Source: Cyanophora paradoxa CCMP329
Taxonomy: Eukaryota > Plantae > Glaucophyta
Assembly: GCA_004431415.1 (NCBI GenBank)
Contig: QPMI01000005.1
Location: 1,054,001 to 1,118,000 of the forward strand
Direction of reading: 5' to 3'
Length of the DNA: 64,000 bases
Position numbers and translations under genes: made by a program. The notes below the pieces were generated by a model that made no database searches, was not told where the DNA came from, and was given only the letters and a program-made list of their open reading frames with translations. Positions 25,153-36,800 of this stretch are shown in pieces. Each line of letters starts with the position of its first letter. The stretch's first letter is position 1.

Positions 25153-25800
25153 ATGAGCGGCCGTCAGCCGCCAGCCGTCAATCGGCCTGCGATCCCGATG
25201 CTCAACAAGCGCCTCTCCCTAGGCCAGATAGGCACCAGCAACTCGCGCGAGGGCATCCAGCCGCCCTTGACGACCTCCAGCGGCGGCGTGCTGCACCCGC
25301 GCGGCGTATACTCCTCCCGCTCCACTGGTCGCGTGGCGGGCGCGGGCTCGGGCTCCATGCGCGGCAGCCAAATCAAGGACCTCGACCTTCTCGTCCAGGT
25401 CCGCCCCGCGCCCGTCCCGCTCGGCAGCCAGGACTGAGATCACGGCCTCGCCTGCAGTTCAAGCTGAAGGAGGCGGAGCTGGCCAACGCCATCATCCCGG
25501 CCTGCGCCCCGTTCCGCTGTCTTCCGCCCAATCGAGACGAGACAGCTCGGCCCCGCAGCGTGCGCCCTGCGCTCCCGGGAGCCCTCCGACCGTAGCTGAC
25601 GCGCACAGCAGCCCCGCACCGCTTCCGTTGGCCTGGTCCCCGCAGATGACGGGCAAGGCTTCCAGGCATGGCTGGGCGTGCGTGTTTTCCTTCCCGTCCG
25701 CGCGGGCGCGAGCGGGCCGCTCAGAGGCCCGGTGCAGGACATGAGCGCGAAGCTGGAGGCAAGGAAAGCGCGCTCGGCGGCCCCGCCTCCGGCGACGTAG
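25153..25800 (+). CDS. Small hypothetical multi-exon protein
   Basis: MSGRQPP...KDLDLLVQ|FKLKEAELANAIIP|...LEARKARSAAPPPAT* with consistent splice sites. Confidence 0.5.
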
Positions 25801-26205
25801 CCCGGCCGTCCGCTCTCAGAAACCTGAAACCCGCCGCGAGAGGTCTTCACCGAAACCTGGAGATTCGACGCGAAGGCTAGCGCCGTCCTCCGCTATGCTC
25901 TCCGTGATCCTGTTCAGCGGGCTGATCTCCGCCCCCCCGCAGCATCCTGATCTTGAATCGCACCGAACTCGGCTCTGGCCCTCCCACCGAAACCACAACC
26001 AAGGCCGTCGAAGCCCAACCGCGAAACCATCACACTGCGGAAGCGCAAACGCGCCGATCGGCGCTATAGCTGCCTGCCCGAGATGCTGATGCACACCGCC
26101 ACTTCGGCTGTAGGTCTCATACCATAGTATTCTCTTCAAACAAGCGCGTGCGTACGTAATCTAGCGGGGTCAGAGCCTCTTATCATCCAAGACCGCGCGC
26201 CACGG

Positions 26206-27894
26206 CTAGCGGGTGGGGGCGAGCTGGAGGATGGAGGGAGAGGGCGTGTTCGTGCCGCTGGGGGCGAGGTTCAGACCGGCCAGACCCTCCCACTGCGGGC
26301 GCGACGGGTCCGCCGGCCGCGACGTGGCGCCGTCGGCGCTGGCCCCGGCGGCCGCCTTGGCCGCGGGGTACGCCGGCCGGCCGTCCACGGCGCTGGGCGG
26401 CAGCCGCTGCATCTCGCCCAGCAGCGCCGCGACGCGCTCCGCCGCGTACATCAGCATCTGGGGGTACGGTGATTCGGGCGGCGGAGGGGGGTACGGGGGC
26501 GCGAGCTGGCGCGCCTGGCGGCCCTTGTTTGCGTCGGCGGCGCCGGCGTCGCCGCAGGCGCCCTCCGGATGGAGGTCCTGCGTCTGCCACGCGAAGCCGA
26601 TCTGGAGGGGGTACGCGTCTCGGAGGGGGTACGGTGGTAGAGAAGGGCCCGGGGGGGGGGGGGGGGGGAAGGACCTGGCCGTCCATCATGGAAGTGAGGA
26701 GGGGGTACTCCTTGTGCGCGGTGACCGTCTCGGGTACGAAGTTCTTCACCTCCTTGCTGCGGGGGTAGGGGATCAACGGCAGCGGGGGCGAAGGCTCCGG
26801 AGGGGTACGGCGCGCCTGCGGACGAGGTCGGGCCGCAGGTGCATCACGATGCTGGTCTCGACGGCGCCTCCGTGAATCCCGTGAGTCATCCTGGGGGGGG
26901 GGGGGCGGGAGATGAGGGGGGTACGGCGGAGGTCCAAGGCAGGGGTACGGTGCACTCTTCCTTGGGGAAGAGAAGGCCTAGTTGGAAGAAGAGCTTGGGG
27001 GCGAACACCGGCGCCACAATCATCCGCTCCCTGCTCAAAAGTGCGTTAGGGGTACGAACTTCGGAATACGCGGAAGCCAGGGGGTACGCGAACTTGGCGC
27101 GGAGTTCGAGGGCGGCCATGTTGACGACGGGGGGGTTGCCGCCGTGCCCGTCGAGAATGACGAGCTTCCGTACCCCCGCGCGCGCCACGGACGTACCCAG
27201 ATCCGTCAGGACGGAGCGGAGGGTCCCGGGGGAGAGCGTGAGCGTCCCAGCGAACGCGGACTGCGCAGCGCGGACGCGGGGGCGTCGGCGGCCGCCGGAC
27301 ACGCGAAGGCGCAGCGAAGACGACGCGCGCGCACGTGTTCGATCGAGAGGCCGTATGAGAGCGTTGGGAGGAAGAAGACGGGAGCCTCGGGGGGAAGGTA
27401 CTGAGCCACCTCGTCCATAAGGCCCTCCAGGATGAGCGTGTCGGTGGTGAGAGGCAGGTGCGGCCCGTGCTGCTCCGTCGACGCGATGGGGAGCACGGCC
27501 ACTGTGCGTCGCAAGCAGCGCGTCAGACGCTGAGCCAGGCAGGACGCTCCGCGAGCCGCGCTCAGGGCCCTTGCGTTGCGCGTACATCGACGGCGGTCAT
27601 CTCGCGCTCACCTGCATTCTTGTCGAGGCCAGCGGCAATCTCCTTCGTGGTCAGCTCGCTCCAGAAGCGGCGCTTCTTGCGGGGGCCAGGTGGCGGCGCA
27701 GGGATGACTACGGACGCGGGCGCTTGGACGGCCGGGGCTGGTGCTGGGGCCGGGGCAGGCATAGGCAGAGGAGTGGCTGCAGCCTGCACGGACGCTGCCG
27801 GCTGCCTCGTCGTCGTGGGCTGCGGCGGTGACGGCACGCGCGGCGTGGCCAGGCCGACGATCGCCGCGGCCATAGGGTTCATCTGCGGGTTCAT
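26206..27894 (-). CDS. Creatininase/creatinine amidohydrolase family protein (bacterial-like) with Pro/Ala-rich N-extension
   Basis: VAVLPIASTEQHGPHLPLTTD, YGLSIEH, FAGTLTLS, LVILDGHGGN, GIHGGAVETS, FAWQTQDLHPEGACGD. Confidence 0.9.
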
Positions 27895-28074
27895 TTCGAG
27901 CCTCCCGAGCTGCTGTGGAGCGCTCGGCTCGGCTCTAAGAAAGGGACTGGGAAGTTCAGAGGGGGTACAGACGCACTCAACGCACCAACATCTCTCTGCT
28001 TCCCGAGCCTCTTTCAGCCTCCTCCGGCTCATTTCTACCTTCTCGGGCCCGCTTCGGGCCCTATTGGAGCGAGC

Positions 28075-29656
28075 ATGGATGCCCAGATGAGCGAATTCTA
28101 CCGCGAGAGCTACGACCGCGAGGAGGCGGCCAGGCTCGCGCATGAGCGATATTGGCGGCAGCATCAGCAGCATGCAGGGGCCACCGAAACGTACGCCGCG
28201 GCGCCCCGCGACGAGATTCGGGCCCTCCGCGAGGATCTGAGCAAGCTGGCTCAGCTGGTCCAGGACGTGCGTTCTTTCGTCTTTCTGCATTAGCTATTGT
28301 CTTTCGGGACCCTTTTTGGCCCGCCCCCCTCCCTCGCCAATTCCGCTGACTGACTGGTGCCACGCTGGCGCTCCTCTCAGTGCATCGCCGGGCAGTCCGG
28401 CGGCGCCATCCGACCGAGGATCGTCCCCGCCGTGCGCAGCGTGACTCCGTCGCGGGCTCGTAGCCCGCCGGCGCCCGCGGCGGACGCGTTCGACTACGAC
28501 CCGGCGGCCAGCGCGCGGGCCGTCCTGCCCCGCGCCCCGGCCTACAGCTTCGGGGGTAGCCCCCGCAAGGTCCATGAGCCCGTCCACGCGCCCGTCTCGC
28601 GCCCCGCCCTCGTCGCCGAGGTACCCCCCTTCTTCTTCTTCTCGCGCCCTTCGGTCCGGAACTCTCCCCGAGACTCACGCGCCCGCCCCGGCAGTTCCGC
28701 CCGGCCGGAGCGACCCGCGCCTACGCACCGCCGCCGCCGCCGCCGCCGCCGGCCGCCTTCGAGCCGGAGGAGCGGTCGCCCTGGGGCGAGCCGGAGGACG
28801 AGTATCCCCCGGCGGACGAGTACCCCCCGGCGCCGGCGCCGGCCCCCGCTCCGGCCCGCCGAGTGAGCTTCGGGGCCGGGGCGGCCGAGGCGCCCGCCGC
28901 GACTTTCCGCGAAGTCCGCGCGGCCTCCAGCGGGCCGCAGGCGGGCTGGGAGCGCTCGGGCCAGGGCGCCCAGCGGCCACGCTCCGCCCCGCGCGCCCGC
29001 CCCGGCCCCCCCTCGTCGCCCCTCCGCGCCGCCGCCGCCGCCCGCGCCGACGAGGTACCCCCCGCCCCCCCCCGCTACTTCGCTGAACTTCGTTCGCAGA
29101 GCCGCGCCTTCGTCGCCGACTCCGTCGCCCGCCGCGCCGTCGAGACCGCCGCCTCCGCTTCCGCCCGCCTCGACCTCGGCCCCCGGTCCGCTATCTTTAC
29201 CCTTCGAATGAATCCTGTACCCCCCGACTTACTTGGGTACAGGGATCTCGCGCTGCTGGAGCGGCTCGAGAACGCGGCGCGGGGCCACGGGGGCGCGGCC
29301 CGGACCGCGATCTACGGGCCCCCCGACCCGGAGGCGGGGCCCAACGCCTACGGGCCGGCCGCAGGCGGCCACTGGCACCGCGACCCGTGCGCTCTTCCCG
29401 TTGTACCCCCGCAGGCCCCGACCCCGCCGCGCCCCCACGTGACGCGCTTCCGAAGGCTCCGCTGGTTCCCGAAGCTCGTGTACCCCTCCCGCCGCGAGGA
29501 CTGCCCCGTCTGCCGCACGCTGGAGGCGCAGGTACCCCCCCAAGCCCCCCACCCGCCCGCCCCGCGCCCATACCCACGCCCGCCCCCTCGCCCGGCCAGA
29601 TGGAGCCAATCTCGGCCGAGGAGCGCGCCGCGGCCGCCCCTGGCCTCTTCTACTGA
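28075..29656 (+). CDS. Hypothetical protein (short coiled coil; PRAPAYSFG motif reminiscent of ODF3/SHIPPO repeats)
   Basis: Exon chain from MDAQMSEFY to APGLFY*. Confidence 0.5.
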
Positions 29657-31718
29657 CAGGGACGCCGCGCCCGGGCCCGGCGCGCCTTAGATTAGAGGCC
29701 CGCTGGTAGTTTAAGTCTGCGGGCCCGAGATAAATTGGGCCCGAACTCGAACTTTACGTGGCTATCGTGCAATTACTGCAGGCAGGCATCCGATGACCTG
29801 CCCATGGGGTTGGCGCCGGCGTTGTTGAAGGCCGTGTGATCACCGAGCCTACGAATATTCTTAAAAGCTTTACATGTATTAGACTGAGCTTTACAAGCTA
29901 TGATCATGAATGCTATAGCCAGCTGCAGAGTGTTCCTCAAGGCGTGTGCGCGCGCCGCGCGCGCGTTGAAATGATGCCATCGCAACCCCGCGGCCCATCG
30001 GGCTCCGACCGTCGGACGCTCCCGGCCCGCCACCGCGGGCCGCCGGCAGGACGTACGTCTTCAAAATTCAGCCGGCGCGGCGGCGCCATGAAAAGCGGCA
30101 GGGGTCCGCCGCCCGGCGGCCGCGGCCGGCCGCGCCGGCCGCGGCGGCGCGGGCCGCGCGGCCCCGCGCGCGCGTCAGAATCGGTCAGATCTAAACATGC
30201 AGCCGGACCGGGTTGACGCGCATGAAGTGCCGTGAAATTGCCGATGACGAGCTCGAGCGTGGTGCTTTAAAAATTTAAATCGTTGCATTGCGCCAGCGCT
30301 CTGTACCCCCCCCGACCCCAAGAGCAATCTGCATCCAATTGTCTGACCCGCGCGCGCCGTGCGGAAAACAGCACAGCAGCACCCGCCCGGCCTCGGTGAA
30401 TTGCATGAGCATCACCCCGGGCTTCGCGCCTCGCCACAGCGCCACTTCGCCACCTAGATAGCGTACGCGCAGATCGTGCCGGTGGTGCCGGCCGATCCTC
30501 CCGCTTGAAAGTGCCTTAGTGACTCGTAAATGACTTCCAACAACGGCTCTGGCGTCCTGGTCGGCTACTACGACTGGGATCAGCTCGAGGAGCTACAGAC
30601 CGAGTCTTTCTTCACGATCAAGACGGCGGCCGCGGTCCAGAGTGAAGGACCGGAAGGATCCGTGAGGCCCGATTCCAACGAGCCCGTCCCCATGACGAGC
30701 AGGCCCGAGTGCGCGCCAGATCGTGCCTGCGCCCTTTCGCTTCGCCTAACCGGCAAGCCGCCCCCGGCAGCTTGAGCCCAGCGAGGAAGCTTTTGAAGCC
30801 TATTGCGAAGGTTCTTACTAGCTCCAAAGCCCCGCACTCGAACTCGGTGCGCCCGCATGCAATTTGATCGCCGAGTTAGGGGCTCTCTATATCGAACCGA
30901 GACTCAATCGCTTACCTCCGAGCGTGCGCAGCCATGCGCCTGAACTGTAAGCGCAGTGGCGCCGCACTCGTCCGGGATTGCGCCCCGGCCGTGGCCAGTG
31001 ATCAGTGATTCATGCGTCGATGAAGATTGCAGAATTCGGAAGTCCAGGCTGCTATGGTGCCTGTATGTAGCGAATGTACTTTTACATAGATAGGATGCTA
31101 CCAGTACCACATCCTCCACGCGATTCACCTCTATGCAGTATACTTTTATCGTACCAGTACCAGCTCCGCGTTCTCTTCACTGAGTCAGCCGCGGCCAGAC
31201 CACGCGTTTTTGATTGTCGTCTAGCTTTTCCCTTGAACTTCGCTTTTATGCTTTTGCTGTCTACAGGGTTCCTCGGTGTAGGTATGTAGCCTTATCTTCT
31301 TTCCTTCGTATTACGATAGTAGCAGATTATGATTATAATTTCTAAAGTTTTGTTGTCTCTATGGCCAGGTTCCGGAGTCCCATTGTGCACTATCTAGAGG
31401 CCCCGTAGCGGGCCACAGTAGGATCGGACTCCCACCACCAGTTCTGTCTGTATACAGCCAGAATTCGTTTGATTTTGCGTGCCTGTATATAGCTACTCGT
31501 GAGCTGTGAGCTTTACATTCGTGAATCGATACCTGTGCTCTGACCAGTTGTCCATCTAGATCTGACATTGCTGTGCAAGCTTAAGTGCTCTGTAATTGCA
31601 TATGAACGCAAGCCGTGAACCAGTGCATGTGTCCCACACGTTCCGAGCAGTTCAGTTTAAGCTTAAGACCAGGGAAATGCAGAGAAGAGAGGACAAGGAA
31701 GATCAAATTCTGATCAAA

Positions 31719-34207
31719 TCAGAAGTGGAAAGAGATCGCGGTGCCGTCGTCCCCGGATGCGACGAGGCGAGAGGGGAGGGCCTGGATGCACCGCACGGCC
31801 GCCCGGTTCGCCCCGAGGCCGTAGAGGCACCGCCCGGACTCGATGTCGTGCGCCAGGAGGGCCCCCGAGCCGTCCCCGGAGAAGGCGACCCGGCCGGCCA
31901 CGTGAAGGCTGAGATAAGAATAGATCGGTGATTCAGAGGAAAGAGAAGAGAGGGGGGCGCGCCTGTAGGGAAAGTCGCGGTGCTCCGTAAAGCGGTGGAG
32001 CACGCGAAAGTCCGAGGAGGGGTCCAGAACCTTCCCGCGGGGTTTCGAACCCGGGAGTTCGGGGGGGGGGAAGAGGGGGTACCTGGACGGTCTTGTCGGC
32101 GCCGCAGGTGACGACGGCGCCCGAGGGCGCGATCGCGATGCCCGTCACGGCGCCGCCCCCGTGGATGTTCATTGTGTGCGCGCAGAGCTGCGGGGGTACT
32201 GGGTTCGGCGAGCGGAGGGGGGTACGCGCGCGCGGCAACCTCACCTCGCTCCGGAGGTCCCACACGCGAAGGCACCCGTCCTAGGGAGCGAGCGGGGCGG
32301 GGCGGGGCGGGCTCGGCGAGGTACGCGCGCGCGGCAGGCGGGGAGGGGGGGGGGGGGGGGGGGGGATACGGTGCCCACCTGAGCGCCGGACAGGATCAGG
32401 TCCATCCCCTCCAGAATCGCCACCTGAGGGGGAAGGCGGGGTGAGCGGCGGGGTACAGAAAGAAAGAAGGACGAGGGGGGGAAGAGGGGGGGTACGCTCG
32501 CCTGCTCGACGTGGCCCTTGTGGCCCTTGAGGACGCGGACGCACTGGCCCGAGTCGGCGTCCCAGAGCCGGATCGTCGAGTCGCGCGAGCCGGAGACCAG
32601 TAGGCTGCCGGAAGAAGAGCTCAGGGGCTCTAAAGAGAGGCGGGGAGCTTAGATCTAGAGGTAGCTCAGGGGCTCTAAAGAGAGGCGGAGAGCTTAAAGC
32701 TAGCTTAAAGCTGGCTCAGAGCTTTAGGGGCGGAGGCTGCCGGAAGAAGAAGAGCTCACGGGCTCTAGAGAGAGGCGGAAAGCTAGCCCAGAGCTTATGT
32801 CAAGGGCTTAGGCTAGCTAGCTTAGGATCGGTCACGAGGGGCGTGGCGGCGCGCCCGCCGCCCCGGGCGATCTCGAGCTTGGAGCTAGCTTGGAGCTTAG
32901 GTACCTATCTAAGCTCTCCAAGCGGAGAGGCGGGGGCCCCCCAAGAGCTGGAGGCTTCTAAGAGCTTAGGCTAGCTCAAGATCGGCCACGGGTGGCGGGC
33001 CTCAGCGACGGAGGCCTAAGAAAGCGCGGCGGCGCACCTGCCGCCCCAGGCGATGTCGAGGACGGGCCCGGCGTGCCCCGGGAGCGCCTTCAGCTCCTGC
33101 CTCCGGCTCGTGTCCTGAGGCGCCGCGCCGCGTCAGGTGAAGTAGAGGGACAGGGAGAGAGAGCGGGGGCGCGCGCCCATATCCTGAGCGTCCTGTCGTA
33201 GGCGCCGGAGACGGCCCGGCCGGCCTCCATCGCCTTGACGCACGAGACGCTGCGGGAAGCTCAAGGTCAGCCGCGCGGTGGAGGCGCGAGCGGCTGCGCC
33301 GAGCGTGGACGTACCTCCCGCCGTGCCCCTTCAGGTCGCTGCAGCGGACGCCCCGCGCGTCCCACAGGCAGAGCCTGCGAGGGGCCGCCGCGGCGCGCCG
33401 GCCCGTCAGCTGGCGCGGCCAAGGCGCGGGCAAGGCGAGGGGGCGCGCTTCGAATCCATTCCGCCGGAGAGGATGCGTCCGTCGGGCAGGTGCGTAACTG
33501 CGCGCGCCAAGCGCGGGGCTCAGCGGGCGGCCGGGCGGAGCGCGGGCGTTCTCGTTCTAGATCTCCGCGGGGACGCACTGCACGTGACCCACTCAGAGTG
33601 CCCGTACTGCTTCGTGTACAGGTTACGCGTCTGCGATCCCGTGTCTGCGTCCCGTCAGCAAAGCGAAGCGGACACGGGCGGCGGCGCGGGAAGCAGGCGC
33701 GCCGATGTTAAAGCAGTTCACGCCGTGGTCCGAGCCGCCCAGCTGCGGCGCAGCGGGCGTTACGCGCGTCTGCGAGATGCGACACCGAAGAGCTCACCGC
33801 CGCCTCGTTTCCAAGGACGCTCATGCAGAGGATCGGGCGCTCGCTCGCCTCGAAGAGGATGCCCGCTGGATCCGCCGGCGGCGCCAGAAACTCGTCCCCG
33901 AACGTCCCGGGCCGCGGTACGGCTGCAGCGGCGCGTGCAGGCGCCGCTAGAGCTGTCCTGGTCGCCGGCGCGGGCCGGGAAGCTGCTGGCGCTCGCGGAG
34001 CAAGCGGTCCTGCCGTCGACGTCGGCGCTGGGGCTGCGGCTGCCGCGACGGGCCCTGCGCTCGCTAAAGGCTTGCCGCACATCCCGCAGAACTGTGTACG
34101 CGCAGCGCATCGCTCGAATCAGCGGTCGATGGCGCGTGAGCTGGCAGGCAACCCCGCACCCTCGCCGTTGACGCGGCGCTCGCTCCGCACTCTCTGCACT
34201 TCGGCAT
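31719..34207 (-). CDS. Zinc-ribbon + WD40-repeat protein
   Basis: MPKCRECGASAASTAR|FCGMCGKPL, then WD40 repeats: YGHSEWVTC, RILSGGMDSKLCLWD, VSGAYDRTLRIW, LVSGSRDSTIRLWD...LKGHKG, DGCLRVWD, LVASGDDG. Confidence 0.88.
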
Positions 34208-34556
34208 CGCGTCCCTGCACGGATGCGTTCGCTTCGCCGACGCGCTGTTCCTATGCGTGGATCGTGGACCAGGCCAACAGGTAGCTGAGGAGAAGGAGGA
34301 TCGGTGTTGTTGGAAGCGTGTCGCGATCGCGATATCTAAAGTCGCTCTTCTGCAAGCAGCTGCAGCTGCAGCTCACAGCTAGGTTGATTTGCGTGCTGTA
34401 CCCCTCACAGAGCGATTTCATCGCCGATTTGCGCGGCGCTCACCTCGCGGCTCGTAGATCAGCTCTCGTAGCTCTTGTAGTGGATAAGCTCCCGTCGCGC
34501 GGGTCGCATTCGACTTCAGCTCGGCCGCGCGCGGCCGCGCATTTGAGAGACCGGCG

Positions 34557-36789
34557 ATGGCTCGAGCGGAGAAGCGCGCGCGGTCGGAAGGCCCCTCAGA
34601 GGTCGCGATGGGCTCCGTAGAATCTCCTGCAGCTGCAGAGGCAAGCCCAGGCGGCGCGGCAGTGGAGAACCCGTTCGACCGGCTTCCAGACGAGCTCGTG
34701 CAGCGAATCTTCAGCGAGCTGGAGGCGACAGAAGCGTACGAGAAGAGCCAGCTGTGGTCTATCGATCGGCGGTTCCGGCGGCTAGTGCAGGGAGTGAACT
34801 GGAAGGAGTTGCGAGTTGATCATGAGCTTGCCCTGCTGCGGCAGGCTGTGAACCGCGGCGGACTGGACGGCATTCAGCTGTTTACGCGGCTGGCAAGGCG
34901 AGCGATCGCTCGGCTCAAAAGCGGCGCCCTCCTTGGCGCTCGGCGCGTGGGGGTTGGCGTTGGCCGCGGCATCCATGAGCACAATATCGACGCCGAGGAC
35001 TGCAGCGCGTATGGGAACTCAGACAAGTGCCAGGCCGCCGCATTTGCCGCGACGAGTGAGTACCGTACGATGGCATTCGTTCTCTTCGAATTCGTGCGCT
35101 GATCATGACTTTGAACCATGCATGCAGAGTTGCTTGGCGCCCTTGCGATTAGCCCCGCCCCGCCCGAAGAAGTCGAGCTGTACTGGTTCGAAGACACCTG
35201 GCCGAGCATTGAAGACCAGCTTGAGTACCAGCTATTGTACAGATACGTTCCCATGTCGCTGGAGCATCTCGCGCGGTCATTCCTCGTCGCCCTCAGTCCA
35301 GCGACAACCCTTCGCTCGCTCACTTGGTGCTTCTCCCCAAGTCTGCTGGCGAAAGCAGCCCTCCTAGGAGCCGTTCCTCCTCTACAGCGCCTTAAGATAC
35401 CCAGCGGCCCGCTCTCGCGAGAGGAAGTGGTGCGTATCCGTCCTCGATGCAATCCTTGGGCCATCGCCACTTGCAATTGTTTAAGAAGCTTGCGCTCACA
35501 GGTAGCTATCCGAGAAGCCTGGCCCGGTCTGCAACAGATCGACTTCGATTGCATTGCACGCGAAGCCCTGCGCGAATTCGCTGCTTTCGACAATCTGAGT
35601 GAGCTCGATGTGCGTTTTGATTCGCGGCCGGACGATGGCATCGAAATCGAAGCTGGTCTCCGCCGCCATCGCGGCCTCTCCATGTGCCCCTCGCATGCGA
35701 GTGCTCGAGCTGGGGCACCCTGCAGTGGGGCCGGAGGGTCTGAGCGCGATGCTTCGACTCCGCTGCCTCGAGCAGTTTTCGTTCGAGGTGTGCCATGCTT
35801 TTCACGCCCTCGTGCACTTAGCTTCCTCTGCCTGCTACTTTAGCTCATCGCACGTCGCTGCAATTCAATTTTTTTAAAAAAAGTTTAGCTTCCTCTGCCT
35901 TCAACGTTGACGTGAACTCATCGCTGGCTGTAGGTCGATTACAGGTCTGCAAAAGCGATCGGGGGTCTCGCTGACTTGCCGGAGCTTCGCCGCCTATCGA
36001 TCATGCTTTCCGTGTGCCCTTCAGCTTCGAAGCTTGTTCTCACGCCCGCTAGCGGATTTCTGACTAATCCTTGCAGAGTAAAAATGCACCGGACAGCGGG
36101 GTAGGCCTGTTGCGCGCAACGGCCGCCGCAATACAGCAGTGCCGGCGGCTGGAGGCGTCTATGATACATCTATTTCACATTGAACGCAGCACCGTTGAAG
36201 ATCTGAACGACTCGGCGCACCATGCAGCCGCTGCCCAGCTCGTCCGGGCTGCCCGCCCGTCTCTCACAGAACTCAGCATTGACACAACCTATCACGCTCT
36301 CTCTCCCGAGTTCCTTGAGGTGAGACCTGTCGACCCTCTAGAACTACTACTGCAGCCTTCCGACACCGCCACCTGACATAAATATCCGCCCGTCTAAATC
36401 TGCAGCATATATATAGGCCTGGCATGTACATGATCGGCTGATCGTGACCGCAGGAGGTCGCGCGCGGCGGGCCAAAGCTCGAGCAGGCTACTCTTCGCTA
36501 TGAGCTCCTGCAGGGCGCAGATGTAGAAAAGCTCCTACCCCTCCTTCGATTGCGCGGCTGCACACCACAAGGGCGCCCCGGACTTTCAATCGGCGTCACG
36601 ATCACAGTCCCAGCTGAAATCTGGAAGCTGGCGTGCAGCCTCGTGGGGTCGTGGCTCAGGCCCCATCGAGCTCGGGAGGGCGCTATTGCGGTGCGACTCA
36701 ACGCCATGACCACGGGGCCTGGCCCTGGTTCGACTTTGTATTTGTACTCGACATGTGATACCGATGACTCCGATGAGGAAATTTCGTAA
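34557..36789 (+). CDS. F-box/LRR-like protein (apparent +1 frameshift near 35660)
   Basis: ENPFDRLPDELVQRIFSEL...IDRRFRRLV F-box plus LRR-like repeats. Paralog at 50293-52394. Confidence 0.75.
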
Positions 36790-36800
36790 CGTGGCGCCAG

